A stretch of DNA of 59,714 nucleotides, counting the filler, from Bipalium vagum (lineage: Eukaryota): the NCBI GenBank assembly GCA_037834085.1. It is 3 parts of 3 records of this genome, joined end to end, with 100 filler letters (N's around TTAATTAATTAA, not from the genome) between each part and the next. Parts side by side here need not be neighbours in the genome. Positions count along the whole stretch, not along the records: positions 41,497 to 59,714 come from JBBMKC010035903.1; 2 more parts are not named here. The stretch is one strand, 5' to 3'. Both the position numbers and the translations under genes were made by a program. The notes beneath the pieces were generated by a model. It searched no databases. It was given only the letters and a program-made list of their open reading frames with translations, and had not been told where the DNA came from. Shown one piece after another: positions 53,901 to 59,714 of the stretch; position 1 is the stretch's first letter; each line of letters starts with the position of its first letter.

Positions 53901-56900
53901 CAAAATAAGTTTTCTATTTCCAGTCAAGTGAAACAGTTATGCGATATTTCACCCACTACTTGAGGTTATCGAAAAGTTCTTTGGCAGATTTTAGAATGGC
54001 AGATGTAACATATTTTCTTAGCACTCTTTCCGAATACGCCATATTGCAACAAAATTGTTGTAATCCCACAGCTTTTATTTGTTTTGGTTGAGCGTGTAAC
54101 TTTAGCACTTCCATACTGTTTTTATATTTTCCTGTTTCATTGATACTCTGTATTTTGGATTTAAAACCACTGTCAAAAAATCAATCTCTCAAATTCTCAA
54201 AAACTTCCATTTTCTGCATTGAAAACGAAAATGATTTTGTTCCCATAATTTTGATTTTTAATCGAAGAAATGTTTAAATTGATTGGATTTCCGTATAATA
54301 ACAGTCATAAATTGTTTCCATGAAATTAAATCATTTTTATCGCTCATTTTAAAAAGATTTTTTGAAAGTCGACCTGTTTATCTATAATAAATAAGCAGCC
54401 AGGATTTCCACAATGGTAAATTTTCTTCATTCCTGTCTGAATGATTTATTGAATTCTGAACCATAATATTATTTGGAATATCTAATGAGCATATGACTAA
54501 TGAGCTTCTGCAACCATATTTTCCGTGCAATGCAACATTTTTTGTTCGGAAAAATACGATTTCCATAAAGCTATAAATATAGACATCCAAGACTTCTTCG
54601 ATTCCAAATCACAGGAATTGTATAAAGATGGCCTTATGAAATTAGTTTCTAAATGGAGTGACATCGTAGAAAACAATGGTGCTTATGTATTTAGTTAATA
54701 TATCTGTTCTGCGACGTCTTTCGTTATTTAAAGTTTTCCATAAAAACCTATCATCTCCATTCTCGAAATTCTTCTTAAAAAATTCATTCAACTTTTTCAA
54801 TTCTCTCTTATCCCCTGACACTTTCATTTTCACTATCACTTTTCACATTCTTTATTACATTCCTCTCATTGCGAAACCTTATTCCAACGTCTAGTTCTAG
54901 GCTCCGATCAACTTGACTTTTTATATCAATCTTAGATAAAAAGCATGGAGCCTATTTTAAAAAATTACACCAAAGAAGAACAATGGCCTGTTTTATGCAT
55001 AAAGAAGGTGTTTCTCTAGCTGATATCCACCAAAGTATGCTTGCCCAATATGGAGTACTTTGTTTTAACCGAAAAAACGTAAATAAGTGGATAAAAAAAT
55101 TCATAAATGGATGAATAAGCCTAATGGATGAAGATCTGTCCAGAAGACCTGAAACATCGAAAAAGTTGATAACATTGAACGAGTTGAAGAAATGATCAGA
55201 AAAAACAAGCCACTTACAGTTACTGAAATTAGTTCTGCACTTCATGTCAGTTATATATCAACTTAGTCAATGATTCACAACGAGATGGGATACAGTAAAG
55301 TATGTGTCAGATGGGTACCGAAACAATTGTCTGAAGATCAAAAACTAAATGGAGGCAAATAAAAATTATTTATTTTTGATGATGTAATAAATGAAAAAAA
55401 TCAACACATTATGGAAATGTACTTTATTAGAGGAAGATATAATCAATGTTCGATATTTATTAATCACAACCATTTTTTTGATTTACCTTTAAGAAGTATG
55501 TGAAATAATACAAATGTTTTAATATTTGTTAAAATTTCTAAAACGTATAAATCACAAATTTTTCAAAAATGTTATTTCATTTTATTGAAAAGGAAGAATT
55601 TGATTATTTATTTAATTTTCACATGAATAAAAAATATAATTATTTTTTATAAATTTAGAGAATGAATTTACATTGCATCTGCTTTTAAAATATATTTTAT
55701 TTTTAAAACTCAAAATTTCAATTTTTTCTGACGTTTTGTTAAATAATAATAATATTTAAATAACGTTATTGAAGGCTTTTATTGAATTATTGATATATGT
55801 TCTTACAAATAATATATGAAACCAATTTTATTTATTCATTGAACCTAAAACTATTATCAAAGATTAATTTTTAAAAATGTAAAAAGAATTCCCTTACCAT
55901 TTCATAATCATTGCGAAAACTCTGAAAGGAATTGATGACCAAAGACAAAAGAAGAGTAAGCATCAAAAAAGATGAATTGATCAAAATAAAAATTTCGAAT
56001 ATCTTTGACTCCTAAAATATAAATAATATAAATAATTATGTGAAAATAAATATTTTAATGACGAATTTCGAATAAACGTAAATACCTTGAGTAACTTGCA
56101 CAGGTTACCGTAGAACCTGATCACATATGCCGAATTTGCAGAGCACCAAAACACGAATAAAATATAATCAATTGTCGCAATTTCTTGGGACTTTAATTTA
56201 ATAACAATGGCCGATATTGCCTGAATTATTATTTTAATTATTTAATTATCGTCTTTAATAGTTCTCGTTTTAATTTTCATATTTATATATTTTTTGAGTA
56301 ATACTTTGTTTCATCTTTTGGAAAGCGTAAAAACAAATCAAAAGATTAATGTTAATATTTTAATATCAATACCAGTCTTTTTTAAAATGAGCTTTGTAGA
56401 TTTCATCTTACCATTTATTAAAAATTCCATTGTATTTAAACAATAAATAACTAAATTCCATAAAATTTATTATAATTATAAGTACATCATTATTGATTTA
56501 AGATTCAACGGTGAAAATTTTAACTTTTTAATAATATTATAAATTTATAAAATATTATTATTATTAATGAATATTTTTATTAATATTATTAAAATAATAT
56601 ATAATTTTTCATTTATATTTATACTTTTCCTCATTTTGCCTAGCATTTTTATGAATCGTATAGATCAAGTAAAGAAAAGCAATATTATACATTTTTGAAA
56701 AAATTATAATATATATAATATATAAATATAATAAACAAAAATAATTATTACAAAAAATAATTATTCAGTTTATGTTGTTTGAATTGTTACTTAATAATAA
56801 TGTAATATAATCTTACCAAACTGGTGGAAAAGAATATGAAGGAAAGGAAGAGAAAGGGATCTGTGACCTCCGAGAAGTAAAACTCGTTTATCATATCAAT

Positions 56901-57255
56901 TATGGAAAAGATTGCAGAAAATATCGGAAGAATCTATTGAGAAATTTAATTAATTAATTAATTAATTAAAAATTATTAACTTACAAATTCAAAGTTCCTT
57001 GACCATTTCAAACAATTGACTTTTGCCTTGTGCTCACTTTTGTAAACGTATTTTATTACATATAAAATTATTATCATTGTCAGAAATAATAAAGACACGA
57101 TCAATAATAACGAGAACTGAAAACAATTAGTAAATATTGGATAAGCCTTGTTTAGAAATAAAATTTCATTCTTAAAAATAATATTATTATTTTATAAATA
57201 TAAACCGATGGTATACCCAAAATCCGTCAAAGCAAATAAAACGTGAACTGTTCAT
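50917..57255 (-). CDS. Long-type ABCC/MRP transporter N-terminal part (TMD0 + L0 lasso + start of TMD1), apparently truncated
   Basis: GT-AG exons 57255-57217 (ATG..DGFW), 57170-56985 (PIFTNCFQ), 56933-56817, 56220-56086 (ILFVFW), 56011-55898, 52442-52381 (NPEQHCSIFSKITVAWMD), 52335-52198, 52153-51989 (KLLRDILYLTLPLFLK), 51938-51758 (GLKIALRVRAALFGMIYKK), 51013-50917 (VFKLSIRARRENDGGDIANLCSVD). These are collinear with the MRP1-like N-terminus. No further ABC exons were recognised. Confidence 0.8.
52643..52942 (-). pseudogene. Maverick/adintovirus-like major capsid protein N-terminal relic
   Basis: Single frame from ATG 52942 with one stop: MSKLNLDNSYY...LESTLVLEIQIQDIKADENITLKNNFFPYLFSNTSLKLGSTEIETIF. 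ITL.NN...LF....L...EIE.I resembles the N-terminal jelly-roll motif of Polinton-type MCPs (from recall). Confidence 0.6.
53280..54250 (-). mobile_element. Possible heavily decayed LTR-retrotransposon (Gypsy-like) remnant
   Basis: Weak gag-like (FCCNMAYSE..YV..AKELF) and LVWSKDC connection-like motifs, with many stops. Confidence 0.25.
54500..54700 (+). mobile_element. Mariner C-terminal fragment
   Basis: DIQDFFDSKSQELYKDGLMKLVSKWSDIVENNGAY. Confidence 0.7.
54960..55347 (+). mobile_element. Mariner N-terminal fragment (irritans-like)
   Basis: EGVSLADIHQSMLAQYG..KWIKKF..DEDLSRRP..IERVEEMIR..GYSKVCVRWVPKQLSEDQK. Confidence 0.8.
55362..55660 (+). pseudogene. A32/FtsK-like viral packaging ATPase relic (Maverick/Polinton type)
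   Basis: KLFIFDDVINEKNQHIMEMYFIRGRYNQCSIF / SQ.FFDLPLRSM*NNTNVLIFVK. Contains Walker B (hhhhDD), the RGR arginine motif, SQ and R.N motifs. Frameshifted, Walker A missing. Confidence 0.75.
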
Positions 57256-59714
57256 CGTCAGTAAATAATTTGTAAAGATTAAAATTTGGAATTTATAAAA
57301 TTACTTTATTAAAACAAAACAAAGCATTGAATCATTAATTGAATTTAACAATAATTACTTGATTCATTTAATCATTAATTCTTTTTTCATTTTCTTTTAT
57401 AACTTTTAAAGTATTGCGTTGGTATATAATGTTCAACTGAATTAAAATAATAATTATTCATTCAAAGTCCAACTTTTTGAGATTACTTCACATAAAATAT
57501 AATTTATATTAATTTCATTTAATTAATTAATTCCAATTCCGAAGGATTTTTGGGATTTGGATAATAAATAACGAGAGTCCATTGTTCAAATTATATTGAA
57601 TATTTTCAATATTCTCAATCTGAAAAGATAAGCACTATTAACATAATTATTTAAAAGTAATTTATTTTTAAACTTCGAATATGTAAAAATTAACATAAAA
57701 TTTATTCAGCATCACTAGAGATAATATAGGTTAGAATCCGTGACTCAAACCACGTCTCTGTGGTCAGTTTCGTAGTGCTGCTCTTCAAACGTGATGATCA
57801 ATATGAAATAGTGTGTTCAGTGTAAAGCCCCATTAGCCCACGACTACCTATTGTCAAAATATGACTTGAATTTTCGCACGACTAATCTGTGCAGTTTAGT
57901 TCGTGGTTGGTTTTAGGACGTACTTTTACTTCTAACCCCTCATGTCTTTAACGGTTTCGAAAAATTAAATCTAACACGCCTTACATTACACGCCTTACAT
58001 GACTTTACAAAATTAATTAGTTTTTGTTACCGATTTTAGATATTTCAAATACTCTCAACGCACAAAATTTTATTTATAATACTATCTTTAAACATGCTTC
58101 GATCTCTTTTTTAAAATCTTCTTCAGTCAATTTTAATATTCTTCTCCATTATCCTCAAATGATATCTAATCAGACCTGCGGAATTTTTAAATTATTTATT
58201 GTAATTATTTTAAAATATGTTAAGTTTCAAAGATTATTATTAACGATAGCTGTTATTCAAAATTATAAAACTTAAGGTAGCTCGTAAAATCTTTTGTAAT
58301 CAGAACGATTTAAAGTGTGTTAACGTTCAGATTCAAAACGAACAATAAGTTATGAATATTTTTAATGGACTGGGTAATTAATATTAAATAAATCAATAAA
58401 ATGTGTAGTTTGATTTACTTGTTTTAATTTAATTAAGAGTTAATAAAATATTCTACTGGAATGATTTGTTTTATAACCAAGTACCGATAAAAATCAAAGA
58501 ATCAAATAAAACAAGTTTTTCAATAATAAAATATATTTTGTTGAACAAATAGTTATTAACAATTGTTATTAAAAGTCAAATCCCGGCGAAAATAGTTAGA
58601 AGGGAATTAGACTGCTCTTCGCTATCTTAGCTTCAAGAGCCCTCGATTAAAAAAGTGCCTCTCCGCCCTACTAGACGTAGAGAATACAAAAAAGAAGATA
58701 CCAAAAGAAACAAAAAAAATTAAAGTTGATATTGATAGAATAATTGGGGATCTATCCAATTGTTCGATTGGTTTATTTAAAATTATTATTCCAATTTTTA
58801 ATCAAACTGGTAATTGGAATATGCAACTTGGAATCAAATTGCTATTACAAAAAAAATATATAAGCAAAAACAATTAAAGTATTAACTCAGTTGGATATAA
58901 CTTTTATATATTGACAAGGTTTGAAGTCTTGGAATCGTTCTTGAACAGTAGTCGAATATATTTCCGTTATTATCTTGTATTTTCCTCGTTCCATAGATTG
59001 TCCTTGCATGTGCTTTACTGTTGGTTTCTTTTCTTTTCAAAAATTCTTCTCCTTTTATAAATTTTATTTGTATAAATTCGATCTTGAGCAGCTCCTGTGT
59101 TGTCAATACTGAGAGTCTTCTATGCGGAAATTTAATATCGATCAACTGCTGAATTTTCGTTGAATAAAATTTTGATAGAAATATGATCTTTGTAATTTGA
59201 GCTGCGCAAAAGTTTGATGTTTTTCATTTTCTTAAATATTAAAATCTTTTTTATGTTGTGTATTATATAAAAAAATGAATGAAATTTATTATTTTTATCT
59301 ATTTTTATTTTTTATGATTAATTTTTCTTATTATTTTTATTTTTATAGTAATTAAGTATGTTTTATTAATTATACTAATATTAAAAATTCTTTTATTATT
59401 TATTTTCTTTCCGGAATTTGAAATTTATTTACATAACCTGGATAAAAATAAAATTTAATTTCTACAAAATTAATGTTAGATCACACAAAGAATTCAGATT
59501 ATACAAGGTTATTCAAATCACATTATTATTTGTCTTTTGATTTTTGTGTGTCTAGGAGTCTCCACTAAATTAATTATTACAGATAAGTATTTAAATAATT
59601 GTTACTGTAAAATCCCGAGTATAAGCTGCAGCGCGTTTTAGCTGCACCATTTACGTTGAAAACACATGATTTTAAAATCAGCAACCTATCATTAAAAAAC
59701 AAATTTCACCATGA

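Noticed and set aside
58882-59145. 87-aa minus-strand ORF (ARTIYGTRKI)
   Set aside because: Probably a transposase remnant, but the family cannot be supported from sequence alone.

Overview
AT-rich animal (invertebrate-like) nuclear DNA with GT-AG introns. It is not one locus: two artificial spacers (44 N + TTAATTAATTAA + 44 N at 16001-16100 and 41397-41496) join three contigs, and there is a plain N gap at 30802-30932. Contig 1 (1-16000) holds part of a minus-strand SRCR-containing lysyl oxidase-like gene whose introns are filled with Tc1/mariner elements. Contig 2 (16101-41396) holds the 3' ~3,600 codons (33 phase-consistent exons) of cytoplasmic dynein-2 heavy chain (DYNC2H1), with mariners in several large introns. 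Contig 3 (41497-59714) holds a divergent, 3'-incomplete EXOC1/Sec3 gene and a long-type ABCC/MRP gene that appears to stop early in TMD1. The most interesting signal is missed by the ORF track: three separate decayed genes typical of Maverick/Polinton (adintovirus-like) elements in contig 3, namely a D(33)E integrase (~48.0-48.2 kb), a major-capsid-like N-terminus (~52.6-52.9 kb) and an A32-type packaging ATPase (~55.4-55.7 kb). Together they suggest a shattered endogenous DNA virus or virus-like transposon. I found no convincing intact novel system. All homology calls come from manual translation and motif recall, not database searches.
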